This document shows positions 1 to 11,639 of a stretch of 64,000 bases of DNA, piece by piece. The notes under the pieces were generated by a model, which was not told where the DNA came from, did not search any database, and was given only the letters and a program-made list of their open reading frames with translations. Source of the stretch: Ascidiella aspersa (lineage: Eukaryota). The stretch spans positions 7,378,001-7,442,000 of the forward strand of contig OZ004612.1 of assembly GCA_963924565.1 (NCBI GenBank), in the 5' to 3' direction. A program made the translations under genes and the position numbers. How positions within the stretch are numbered: the stretch's first letter is position 1; every line of letters starts with the position of its first letter.

Positions 1-2450
1 TTGGTGGATTCTGGAGCAACTGGATGTTACTTGGATAGTCGAGTATGTCAGGAACATCACTTACCTGTTTCTGGGCAAAGATCCAAAGTAGGTATGGCTT
101 CACGAAAGGCTGCAGCTGAGGTAATTGGCACTACTTGTACAACATTGTGGCTAAACAAATCCCGCTATTCTCTGACATTTGAGGTGGTTGATGAATTATG
201 TGCTGAAGTTATTCTGGGACAATCATTTCTCGGCCTTCATAAAGGGGCATTCTTTCACTTTAAGGGTCCTCGTCCTCTTCTTAACATTTGCCCTACTTAC
301 GCTGATGACCAATCTTTTATCCATAAGGTAGTTTTAAAACTTCTAGAAGAGGAGATTATTGAACCTTCAAGAAGTCCTTGGCGTGCACAAGTTTTGTTGC
401 AAAGAGTGGTAATCACCGCCGTCAATTGGTCATTGATTACTCTCAAACTGTGAATCGCTTTACACTTCTAGATGCATATCCGCTGCCCAGGATAGATGAT
501 CAAGTAAATGCTGTTGCTAAAGGTAAACTCTTTAGCACGCTTGATTTGCGCTCTGCCTATCATCAGATTCCCCTGCATGAAGAAGATAGACCTTTAACCG
601 CTTTTGAGGCCGATGGTCGACTATATCAGTATAAAAGACTGCCTTTTGGATTGACCAATAGAGTATCTGTTTTTCAAAGACTAATAGATGCTATCATTTC
701 AAAATATGGGTTAAGAAAAACGTTTGCCTACCTGGACAAAGTAACTGTGGTGGGAAACTCACATGAGGAACATGACAGAAATTTTGAAGCCCTATTACAT
801 GCTGCCGGGAAGGAAGGCCTCACCTTCAACAAAGAAAAGTCACCTATTGCAAAGAATGAAATTCAACTGTTGGGATACCTGGTAAAGCCTGGTAAAATCC
901 AGCCTTATCCTGAGCGATTGTAGCCACTCTTGAACATGCCTGTGCCTCAAACTCTTGTTGAACTGCGACGCGCTGTGGGTCTATTTGCATACTATACCCG
1001 TTGGGTTCATCAGTTTTCAGATAAGGTTCGACTCCTTGTCAAAGCCATTCAGGAAAAGGCTCTCCCATTGGCTAAACCACAAGCTATGGCTTTTGCAGAG
1101 CTTAGAAAAAGTTTGGCTTCCGCCTGTCTGAAAAATATTGATCCTTATCAACCCTTTACTGTGGAATGTGATGCCTCCCAATTTGCACTGGCCGCTACCC
1201 TGAACCAATGTGGTCGCCCTGTCGCTTTTTACTCACGGACCTTTACAAAAAGCGAACTCAACTACCCTATCGTGGAGAAGGAGGCTACAGCTATTATGGA
1301 GGCTACGAGAAAATGGAGTCATTTCTTGCATGGTAACACCTTTACATTATTGACTGACCAGCGTGCTCTTTCTTATATGTTTGATCATGTGCGCCCAGGT
1401 AAAATAAAAAATGCTAAGTTCCAGATGTGGCAAGCTGAACTGGAGGCCTTTTCATATCGCGTTCACCACCGTCCTGGTAAACTAAACATTGCTCCTTTCA
1501 AGAACTTCTTCTCTATGTTTCATGGGAAATGCTGGACTAGTCCAAATCCATAGGCAATTGGGGCACCCTGGGGTAACACGCCTACTTCATTTTATAAAAG
1601 CGCGCAACTTACCTTACTCTATTAATGAGGTTCGGCAAACATGTGCAGAATGTAAAGTTTGTGCCGAAGTAAAACCTCGTTTTCACCGCAAGTCTAATGA
1701 GTCTTTAATCAAAGCTTCTGCTCCATGGGAAAGAATTAGCATTGATTTTAAAGGACCTGTCAGGGGTAGAAGACATTACATTCTCTTTGTGGTGGATGAG
1801 TTTTCCCGTTTTCCTTTTGCAATTCCCTGTTCTGACATGACTACCAAAACCATCATAGCTTTGCTAACTTCGCTTTTTGCTCTTTTTGGTCTACCCTCTT
1901 TCGTCCACAGTAACCGGGGCACAGCCTTTGCTTCTGGTGAATTTAAAAAGTTTTTGACCGATAGAGGAGTGGTCCCAAGTCGGACTACTCCCTATCATCC
2001 TACTGGTAACAGCCAATGTGAAAGAGTGAACCAAACCATATGGCGAACGGTTAAACTCCTTTTAAAGGACAGGGGTCTGGGAGAAGATAGATGGGAAGAA
2101 ATCTTAGTGGAGGCCCTTCATTCCGTAAGATCTCTGCTTTGCACCTCAACAAACAAAACCCCTCATGAGCGTTTTTTAAACTTTGGACGAAGAACTATGC
2201 TGGGGAGATCATTACCATCATGGCTGCACCAGCCTGGAAAAGTTTTGATGATACGTTTTGTGTGAAATAAAGAAGATCCCTTAGTTGATGAGGTAGACTT
2301 GCTGGAAGCCAATCAAAGTTTTGCACATATTCGTCTTCCAGGGGGGTGTGAATCGACAGTGTCTGTGCAGGATTTAGCTCCTTGCCCTGAAGACCATGAA
2401 GTCCCTCCACTGCCAGATTCAGAATCCTTTGGTGAGTGTCTTGAATATGG
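1..2450 (+). mobile_element. Degenerate Ty3/Gypsy LTR-retrotransposon pol (PR-RT-RNaseH-IN), 5' part outside window
   Basis: Protease LVDSGA (D at 7-9). RT motifs IIEPSRSPWRAQV, LDLRSAYHQI, YKRLPFGL and YLDK (for YLDD, 729-740). RNaseH ECDAS, EKEA, TDQRAL. Integrase H-x4-H...CxxC, IDFKGP, HSNRG (for HSD), SQCER. Integrase after RNaseH is Gypsy order. Frameshifts near 395 and 1495, stops at 921-923 and 2263-2265. No PPT or 3' LTR recognised, so the right end is approximate. Confidence 0.95.
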
Positions 2451-3215
2451 AGTCCCAATTCCTACCAATTCGGTAAATTTGTGCCATGTAACTTATTCAA
2501 TGTTATTTATTACGCTATGTTTATTTGTGACATGTTGTGTTGCAGGTAATGTTTAGTTAAAATTCAGTTTGATAAAAACCTAGCAATCCCTAGGTCACCG
2601 CAAAAGACAAATTGGCCATTCTTGAAACACAACAATAATGTCTAAGCCATGGCCCTCAAAGCGAGGTTAGTGAAGAGATATTTCTCCCGATAACATTACT
2701 AAAACATAAGGTGAATAAAAAATTTGTAGATGGTGGCTTGAAATTTGCAAGTAACAAGTGCCTTTTTTATAAAACAAATCGGACAGCCACCCATACTTCT
2801 CAGCACCTAATAAAAGCCATAATTTCAAAATCCTATAGCAATTGTCTAAGGTCGGGTATTCAGAAGTAATACAGTACAAGATTGTACAACTCGGTTATTG
2901 TCAAAGTTTTATAAGTGTGTTATCTTATTAAATTCACTAAAAATATTTGTTTTATTTTGAATGTGTTACAAAAAAATTGTTTTGGTATTGGTGAAACTAT
3001 TTGGTGGAATGGAAAAAGTCTAAAAGTAATGCACTATGCTAGAAACCAATGTTTTCACAATCATGCAATGTAGAATTGTAGTCTTATCTACTATAATTAA
3101 AGATAATGTTGAAGTATGTCTACCAACATATTTTACCTAACCTTCCTAATCCATTTAAGATTAAATGTTAATCACAACTTGAAAAAATAAATAGGTGTTT
3201 CATACTAATACTCAC

Positions 3216-3255
3216 CGGGTTGTAGCGCACATCGTGGTTTGAACCAGGTCGGCTT
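3216..3255 (-). CDS. TNFR-like exon 7, juxtamembrane cytoplasmic RSRPGSNHDVRYNP
   Basis: Acceptor tcttttag, donor CCG|gtgagt, 40 nt, phase 2 to 0, open in the required frame. Confidence 0.75.
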
Positions 3256-3434
3256 CTAAAAGATGACGTAGATTAATAAAAAGGGCTATAACTCAACAAA
3301 CAAACAAGTAAACCACTGTGTTTGACAAAGATATACATGTATATAACATTTTTTCAACAAAAAATGGTCAGCTGTTACAATAAAAACTAAGGAATGTATA
3401 TTTTTTAAATCCAAATCTGCAAAATATGTTTTAC

Positions 3435-3519
3435 CTCTTCTTTTTCCAAATATAGCCAACTACTGCCAAAACAATAATGATGATACCAGCAATGATGCCC
3501 ACCACCCAACCACTACCAC
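3435..3519 (-). CDS. TNFR-like exon 6, transmembrane helix GGSGWVVGIIAGIIIIVLAVVGYIWKKK
   Basis: Acceptor ttgtttag, donor AG|gtaaaa, 85 nt, phase 1 to 2. About 21 hydrophobic residues followed by KKKR. Confidence 0.9.
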
Positions 3520-4630
3520 CTAAACAATAGTGTGTTAATAATAATTTGTAAAATATATAAAAAAACATTATTTCACTCTTCTTATACTAAGGCTCTTATA
3601 CTGGGCCAGTGGTTCCCAACATGGTTCACAGTTTTTTATTTCATTTATTCGGTTAAATAATTTTTAAACCATAGAGTTTTTGGATCTTTAAGCAGCCAAG
3701 CCCAGGCACTTAGCAGCCCCAACAACTCTTGTTATTTGGCAAATTCAAATTCAAATAACATTATATTGAAGAACGTGCAAATCTTTTTTGCCTAATGCTT
3801 AGCACCCAGTTCTAAATTCAAAGTTTTGTTGGTTAAACCACTAAACACAACTTTTTAACCCTTGCATGAATTTTAGAGTTAAATTCCGTTATATATTTAG
3901 TACAAGTTTTACCACCAAAGGAAGCTATCTGAGATTTTTTGCTCAATGACATGTTATGATGTGACTTTATGATGCCAAATTTGAAATTCTTTGCCCTATT
4001 CGAAAAAACGCTAAACCCCTGCAGTTTAACTGGTTTAGCTAGGGGGTCAACAGCTTTCAACCGAACGTTTAAAATAGAACAGTCCATGACACTAAAAAGG
4101 GAACAACTGTATTACATAATGCATACGGCTTAACCTTTTATTAAATATAAACCCATGGATACAGAAATATGCCCATAAAAACAGCAAAAATATAACTTTA
4201 AGTTATGAAAAGGCTAAGTAGAAAACATAGTTTAGTCACAAAATTTATAGAGGTGGTTGGGTCATTTTCAAGTTTGTTAGTCAATTGCAAGTTACTTAAC
4301 AGACTATAACAAAATATGTTTTCTTGCCAAAACAGAAAACTTTAAGATGCTGCATTAAATATTTTATATTTTTAGTACCTTTTCTACCAGGCATTATCGG
4401 CTAAAAATGCATGGCAATACTGATAGAAAAATTATAATTTTTGTCAGGCCCACTACATTATTTGGTGAATCAATTAGAAAGTTATAAAAGTTAAAGATTT
4501 TATATCACTCTGACAGAGTGATAGTTTATGTGCGGCATTACAAACAATCATTAGATATCTCCATAACATGTTGACCACAACTCTAGTATGAAACAGCAAA
4601 CTTTTTATTGCACATTAGCTGTATACATAC

Positions 4631-4818
4631 CGCTCTGGGGAGATGATGTTGGTTGATCAGCCAGTTTTGTAGTGGAAACAACGGGAGGGACTGTTTCTTT
4701 CTCTGTTATTGCTGTTGTTGTTGTTTCTTCCGGTGGTTTTGGGTAAGGGGCAGGAGTTGTTGTAGTTTTAGTGGACATTGATGGTGTGTTGGTGGTAGTG
4801 GTGATTGTGGATATAGAA
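4631..4818 (-). CDS. TNFR-like exon 5, Thr/Pro/Ser-rich (mucin-like) stalk
   Basis: Poly-T acceptor, donor G|gtatgt, 188 nt, phase 2 to 1. Lies within track ORF 4605..4874. Confidence 0.88.
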
Positions 4819-5329
4819 CTAAAAAAAAAAATAAAAAGGTCATGGATAATTAGGATTGTGTTAAGGTTTGACACTGGATTGTCACATGGAAATTAAGAGA
4901 CGATGTACCCACTTATAACTAGAATACTAGAGAAACTCTGCTACACTGAACACATGAAAAGGCAAAGAATGCTGCTTTTCAAAAACTAATAATTAAAAAT
5001 GCTTATAAAACACCATACAAGCAGTGTGCAAGGGTGTTGCAATTCCTTTAATGAACATATAAAAATTAATCCATCTGATACACATGTCAACAGTATTGCA
5101 ACATAAATAAAGCAGTTTTAAATAATGAAATTGGCAACAAAATATGCTTATCTAAACTTTAGGTAAAGGGAGGCTAAAACAATTAACTATGCATGCCTTG
5201 AAAGATTCTGAAACTGATAACAGCGGCCAGTTTTTCTAAATGTATAATGTCTTTTTAAGACATCACATGTCCTATATGTTTCCTAGGTTTGTAAAAAAAT
5301 AATTCAAAATGTAATTAAGAGTGACTTAC

Positions 5330-5518
5330 TAATCAATAGGTGTGCATTTCTGGGTAAAAGACTCTTTAGGAGACTCGAATCCTTCCTGACACCATCTGCA
5401 ATCAGTGTCATTTTCATAATTTCCAGGAGCGACCATTCCGTAACCCCTCTTGCATGCACTGTGGCTCTTACACTTATCGGTTTCTTCATCTAGGAAGGTT
5501 CCCTCTTTACATCGGCAC
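5330..5518 (-). CDS. TNFR-like exon 4, CRD3 and partial CRD4 (CRCKEGTF...CKSHSACKRGYGMVAPGNYENDTDCRWCQEGFESPKESFTQKCTPID)
   Basis: Acceptor catccaaag, donor TA|gtaagt, 189 nt, phase 2 to 2. Classic TNFR C-x-C-x-x-G-T-F and D-T-x-C-x-x-C-x-x-G-F pattern. Confidence 0.9.
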
Positions 5519-6033
5519 CTTTGGATGAATAATATGAAACCACCGATTTACAAAACACTGAAAATGTGAGTTGAGTATCATGTCAAAAATAAGACTCCTA
5601 ACTGGTGCTACCAAAGTTGTGCTTTAGCTACATACATAATACAGGAAGGAAGTAATACAGAATTATAGAATGATTAATCTGCAATTCAAAATATATCATT
5701 TTCTATATCTTCTGGTTTTTAAGTATAACTTGCAGCATTAAAAATAGTTTATAACCTAAATTTATATATAACACCACTTTAGCTTAAAGTATCATATCTT
5801 AATCTCGAAACATTACAATATAGGACTTTCACAAATATTTAAATCAGATTTTGAAAATCTAGCAAATAAAAATCAGAAAAAAAATATTAGTCAACAATAG
5901 CAACATACGGAAATGTGGTATATCTTTTTACCAGCAGGCTTGTACAATATTCATTTTTAAAGCTCCTTTGCTATCAATCAGCAAAGAAGCAAAACAATTT
6001 TGGAGATGAACTTTAATCCTCCTGTCTAATCGC

Positions 6034-6984
6034 TAGGGATGTTCAAAGTAGAATACCAAGGTATTCTAGAATAATAGGTTTCGAATCTAGAATAACGAAT
6101 CCAGAATAGCGAATCCTAGTGTATTTTTATTAAATTATTTAACCTCGTTTTTGTTTAGGGAATGGATTAATCTTTTTCTACCCTACAGGGCCCACATTCA
6201 CAGCAATAAATCGCCCAAACAATTTGCTAACATGTGTACATTATAATGAAAATGTTTTACATTCTTAACAACTGTCATTTGAAGCAGTTGCGTAAACTGC
6301 ATTACATGTCCACTGTCCAGGTTGTTGCCAATACTTATATTTTTGCCAATAGTGAGTACAATGCAACACTGCATACAGAACTCTTTAGCAATTCGGTACA
6401 GTTTTTAAAAGCATTGTTGGGTCTTAGTGATTTTTTTTTTGACTAATTGATCTGTTATGCAGTCAAATAATGTACTGCAAATAATACAAAGTTACTATTG
6501 ACATAACGATTACTTGACAATTTACGCTGTGCATAACTGCATAACCTCGCTGAATATTGGCCTAAAGTTGACCTTAAGTAACCCTATAGCGCATTTTCTC
6601 GATGGCCAGCACGTGTTACTTTTGCAACTTAACGCATAGGGAAATTGCGAACTCCGCTCCTGACATTACACGTTAATCGCTCGCCCAATAACGCTTGATT
6701 GACACTTAATTATTAGACGAACGTTATCGCCTGACGCGAAGTAATTGGTCGCCCGAAAAAACGCTGACACTGCACTACCAGGTTAAATTTAAAACAAGCA
6801 CCATAAAATGGTCGCCGCAGCGACATGCCAACTTACCGCACGCGTTTGTGCAATTAGGCGCAACAATCGGCGGTAAAACATTAAATTTTACGGTTCCAAT
6901 TACCCGAAATAAACGACAGAATTGGATTCGAATCTCATCTGGATTCGAATCCAAGGATTCTATATTCTACTTTGAGCATCCCTA
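6034..6984. mobile_element. Non-autonomous hAT DNA transposon (951 bp) in a TNFR intron
   Basis: TIRs TAGGGATGTTCAAAGTAGAATA / TATTCTACTTTGAGCATCCCTA. Perfect 8-bp TSD CTAATCGC (6026-6033, 6985-6992). Subterminal (C)GAATC repeats. Confidence 0.9.
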
Positions 6985-7846
6985 CTAATCGCCCTGTGAG
7001 CATTCAGAGCAACAAGGGTTCGTCGAGAGTCTTTTAGCCATTTTGGGCGTTAAATGCACACAAGGAGGTGTTTATCCAAAATTTATCACACTTTGAACTA
7101 TACTAAATTAAACTTGAAAAAGCAACATTTTTTTATTTACAAAACGTTGCTGCCAAATGTTATTGTAAAAGTGGGTGTCAATGCATGCTGTTTTATATTT
7201 TGAAATTTCAATAAAAAGGGAAAAGTAATCGCTGAAATGCTTAAAGCAATTGGTTGCAAACAATGTCAAACTGTATAAATATTTGAAACAAAAACTATAA
7301 AGGTGGCAAATAATTTTTTGAATTTACTTGTTTTGTCAAAATTATACAACTTTTATTTGGCCTTTTTATTTTTTCATTTTTACACTGTTTTAATTTTATA
7401 CCTTGATTTTTTTGTATTCAATTTTTCATAAACATCATCAAGCCTAATTTACATGCCAAGTTCGTTAAAAAACTTTTTTTTCTTTACACAAGAAATTCTT
7501 GTAGGTCATCAACACAAATTAACTGGATTTATCTAAAATTGTTTAAAGTTCATGTTTATAATGGTGCGATTTTCATGTCAATCCAGAGCAAAGATCTAAA
7601 ACTAAAACTGGGTGTATTAAAGCAATGGGGGGGGGGTATAAGAATCTGTCGAGCTGAAAGGGGTGCTGAATATCATAAAATCCTCATAATAAGTTTTATA
7701 CCACTTGGGTGTCAAAAAAAAATGTTTGGTGTTTAATGAGCTGCAAGTAATAGTTAAGCTTGGTACATTTAAGGAGTAAGTGAAGAATACAAGTAAACAT
7801 ATTTCTTATAAACTTAACCTAATTAATTATTTTACTGTGCACTTAC

Positions 7847-8017
7847 ACTGCAGGATAAGTTCGATTTCCTTGTATTCTATCCATTCCTTCTGTACAGAAT
7901 GGAATTGCTGGAATGCAATTTTCGTGAGGATGAGGAGACTTATCCATGTAAGACTGGTTTTTAGGGTTGTCAGGGTCAAATGGACACAGTGTGCAAACTG
8001 TGCTATTTTTATCGTCC
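7847..8017 (-). CDS. TNFR-like exon 3, CRD1 end and CRD2 (DDKNSTVCTLCP...SYMDKSPHPHENCIPAIPFC...NRTYPAV)
   Basis: Acceptor ttttgcag, donor GT|gtaagt, 171 nt, phase 2 to 2. Lies within track ORF 7843..8028. Confidence 0.9.
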
Positions 8018-8649
8018 CTGCAAAACATAAGAATTCAACGGGTTTCCAAAAGCACATATGTATATTGTATATCTATACATTTAAAATATAATCAAAATAA
8101 TTTTGAGTAAATCTAATGTTTTCTTAATATAAGACACATAAATAAACACAGCGTGTATGTGACACAAAGGCCTTAAGACCTTAAATGTACATACCAAGTC
8201 GTCATTTTTCAGTATTCTTTAGTCAAACAAGTATTCAAAAAAAAGCAGTTGTTTTATTAAATTTTTTCTAGCAAAATGTCAGTTGATTGAAACTCACCTA
8301 GCGATAGTAACTTAATGCATTTTTGTTTAGTTATTTGTGCAGTATTGTAACAATAAGTTTAAATGTGCATATGGGTGACAAATAATATTTAAGTATCTAC
8401 TATTCAAAGACACAGTTTGAGAACTGCCTTACAGTGACATGGGATACTAACAACTTCATACTAACACTGAAAGCCATCACAGACTAGCCAAAACTGTCTA
8501 GTAATGACTTAAGCAAGGCATGTTACTAGCCTGCAGTGAGGTACTATGGTACAGAAACAGTAATCGTTGGTCAAAAAACAGCTTCAGAGGGGCTAAATTG
8601 CAGTTGTTAATAAACATTATGTGTTTGAATCTTTTATTGAACTTCATAC

Positions 8650-8815
8650 CTAGTACACCGTTTCTCCATGAAGTGACCTTTCCCACATAGACAGCATGTG
8701 AAGCTCATTCCGTCAAGTCTAGTGTGGGTGTGCTCATTGTATGATGTTGGTACAACAGGAAAGCAGGGGTTCACATCTTTTTCATTTGTCCTTGCACTGG
8801 CAACTTGAGCAAATG
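8650..8815 (-). CDS. TNFR-like exon 2, end of signal peptide and CRD1 (NPC...FTCCLCGKGHFMEKRCT)
   Basis: Acceptor (t)n-ag, donor AG|gtatga, 166 nt, phase 1 to 2, TNFR CC-x-C-x-x-G pattern. Confidence 0.9.
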
Positions 8816-8934
8816 CTAAAAAAAAGTTTCTGACATAATTTTTTTAAATATTTAATAAACAATTACACATAGCACTAATACTCATGATGCCTTCAAATTG
8901 GCTTACGAAAAAAAAATTTTGTTGGCCTAATTAG

Positions 8935-9006
8935 GATCTTTGTGCAAGCAAGGCCAGAAAAACCACTAGCCTGTGGTGAGGTTTGAACTCACGACCTCCG
9001 GCCAAC
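8935..9006 (-). repeat. Possible tRNA-derived SINE fragment (B-box / T-arm)
   Basis: Minus strand reads GGAGGTCGTGAGTTCAAACCTCACC, a tRNA T-arm with a GTTCRANNC B-box. No D-arm or A-box seen. Confidence 0.4.
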
Positions 9007-9370
9007 ATATATGTAAATTGTGTATTTAATTGTACAAAAAAATTATAGCTAAACAAACAGGATATGATATTAGTAGTTTTTTCAAAGTTACACAAAATAT
9101 TTAATAGGCAATAAACAATATTTACTGCTTTGTGATTCAACACAAACAAATTGACAAACCAAGTCTAACCTTTGTTATAATATTTAACTTCAAATCAAAA
9201 TGTAAAAATTGTTTTTCTCTAAAACAATATTATGTAAGAAAATATAAATTAAATCAGGTGTGATTTTGTCAATTTATCAGAGTATATACAAAACAATTAT
9301 GCTGAAAATTTAATTTTAGCGGGAGCCTCACTTTTATAGTTTGTAAGTAAAACAACCTATCTGGACATAC

Positions 9371-9419
9371 CTGTTGCCGAGAGGCCAAAAACAAAAGATA
9401 TTAACAACTTCTTTGACAT
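9371..9419 (-). CDS. TNFR-like exon 1, signal peptide MSKKLLISFVFGLSAT
   Basis: ATG at 9419 (another in-frame ATG at 9446). Donor ACAG|gtatgt, phase 1, matches the next exon. Confidence 0.8.
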
Positions 9420-9499
9420 GTTCCTAACTTGAAAGCAAATCCTCATAAAGTTAAGTGCCACTAAATTACTGGAAAACGTAATGTTATTAAACAACTAAC

Positions 9500-9702
9500 G
9501 GCGCTGGTCTAGAATCCTACCACAACGTTGAAATGATTATTAAGCAATGCATAATATGTGGGTTAGGGTGTCGGTTAGTGTTTGGGTGTAGGTAGGTCAA
9601 GTAATATTGTTTAAAACTATTACTGGACTCACCCAAACCCAAACGCTAACCGGCACCCTCACCCAAATAATGTTCGTTGTGGTAGGATTCTAGACGAGCG
9701 CC
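9500..9702. mobile_element. Fold-back MITE with GGCGC termini, 8-bp TSD and internal telomere-like inverted repeats (copy 1)
   Basis: TIR GGCGCTGGTCTAGAATCCTACCACAAC / GTTGTGGTAGGATTCTAGACGAGCGCC. TSD CAACTAAC at 9492-9499 and 9703-9710. Confidence 0.88.
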
Positions 9703-10221
9703 CAACTAACTACAACTATTAAATGCCTAACTACTAAGAAAATTAATGTCAGAGTTGAGGACCTAGCCTAGATTCCTGTTTTTTTTATGAAATCATCCCT
9801 AAGAAATCTTCCCTAAGAAAAACCCCCAAAAAATCCCCCGAAAAATAACCCGAGCGAAGTATGAGCGCAGAGATTTTTATAGATCAATACCTCCCAAAGT
9901 TGTCAAGTTACAGTCATTTTTTTTATCATTTCTGTAATATTAAGGTTGGCTATCACGAATATGTCTTTTTAATAACGGTTAAGTGTTCACTAGGGAGATT
10001 ATTTTGGGACTTGTCAAAAAAGTCAAAATTTTGTAAAAATTTACACGTTCAAGCTATTATATTATTATTGTATGTGTAGAACATATGTCGCGAACTTATA
10101 TTTTCTTGTGGCCAATAAATTAATGGACATTACCCTAGTGTTCTTATATCGAGAATAGACTGAGTTGAAAAGTTGGATTCCTGGACGTATTTAAAACAAT
10201 TTGGGTGTGATCTATCTAGCC

Positions 10222-11291
10222 CAGCGCTCCGCAACCCTTTTTCACTTGCGGCATACCCATAGAGATAAAACAATTTGGCGGCACACCTACAAAATGTACG
10301 TTGGTCGACTATAGACTAAATCAGGAAATATCGGAGGCAGCGAAAAGAAAATGAGCTATGTATGATAAAACTCGCTGAAGGCGCCGAAAATTGTACGTAT
10401 TACTTTTGTAGCAGCTTGCGCTGCCCCATATTATTACCGGCTTGAAACCCCGGCCATCCAGATGAAGCAGGCTGGCCGGTTGTGACGTCGTCACACCAGC
10501 CTCTGTGAATTCATCAAATTGACAGCTTATTGCCTGATCGTGTTTTAGTCGATTGTCCGAGTTTCCTTTTTCGATGCGTCGCCGAATCGAACTGTTATGA
10601 ATTATAATTAACGCCATCTGGTATTAAGCATAAAAGGGATTTTGTTTTATGCCAAAAACAGCAGTCTTGCATACTGTTCACTCCTGGAGTCCAGATCGCG
10701 TACGTTATACGGAGGTAATTATTGTACGTATATCCCAAATACCTGTAAGTACTGTTTGTCGTTTGTTTATTGGCAATAAATATTCTTTCATTGTGCTTAA
10801 TACCCACACTTTCCTTAATTTTCTGATTTTGCGTTTTTGCAGCCTTACTAAAATTTTCCGGTCAACGTCCTGAAAATTGGGCCCCTTGCGAAATCTGATA
10901 ACAGAGGGATTTTGCTGCCAAGACTAAATTATACGATCACATATTGTCAATAATATGTTTACAACGATGATTTATCCCTTTACACTTTGGTTTAACGTTT
11001 GAAAACATTCGTTGTATGTTTGTACTCCTGGTAGTTTGTTAGTAAAAAAAAACTATATTTTGATATTTGATTTTCGGTAACAGAAAGTAACACATGTTTT
11101 AGAGTTTTAGAAAAGTTTAAAATATTATGGAGAGTTTGTAAAATTCTACCTGGATTATTGCATAAGATCAAAATACCTGCCTAGATGACATACAATTTTC
11201 GCGTCAATTCGACTGTTCATTAAAAGTGCATCTCCGGGAACGCCACGGCACACCTGGCATGGTCTCGCGGCACGCCGGTTGCGGAGCACTG
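10222..11291. mobile_element. Non-autonomous hAT (Charlie-like) DNA transposon (1070 bp)
   Basis: TIRs CAGCGCTCCGCAACC / GGTTGCGGAGCACTG. Perfect TSD ATCTAGCC (10214-10221, 11292-11299). Subterminal CGGCACAC motifs at both ends. Confidence 0.9.
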
Positions 11292-11639
11292 ATCTAGCCT
11301 CACAATGGTTAAATTAACACATCACAAATGTTCATTTAACCAGACAATGAAATTACCGTAGCATCAAAAACTCAACAAATCATATTCTGTAAAAAGGCAA
11401 TTGAACAAAAGTTACAGCAATTTAATATGCGTAGCAAACCTACAACACGTTGAATGACGTTGTTATCTGCAAGCATATTTACAAAATCCGCACAGTGCCA
11501 CTAAAGAACAAAATGGCCTATACTGAACGTATGTGGGTTTATAGGGATATTCTAAACCCTAAAGGTTTGGTCTTTTAAACAATATTTTTGTCATATTAAA
11601 AATACCTATGGGTACACTATACACGGGTCTGTAATGTAG

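Larger units (their letters stand above)
3216..9419 (-). other. TNF receptor superfamily gene span (coding exons found; 3' end not located)
   Basis: Seven GT-AG exons with matching phases give 888 nt / 296 aa without stops: signal peptide, TNFR cysteine-rich repeats, Thr-rich stalk, TM, basic stop-transfer. Confidence 0.9.

Noticed and set aside
2667-2879. 70-aa minus ORF as the TNFR cytoplasmic exon
   Set aside because: Its usable acceptor is phase 1 while the upstream donor is phase 0, and no death-domain or TRAF motif is evident.
4503-4523. Perfect 10-bp inverted repeat TATCACTCTG-A-CAGAGTGATA (similar short hairpins at 29868-29895 and 60183-60208)
   Set aside because: Too short and isolated to assign a function; bacterial terminator or operator logic does not apply here.
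5341-5370. Apparent frameshift in TNFR exon 4
   Set aside because: On recounting the A-run, the frame is intact (ESFTQKCTP). Track ORF 5304..5489 is a different frame.
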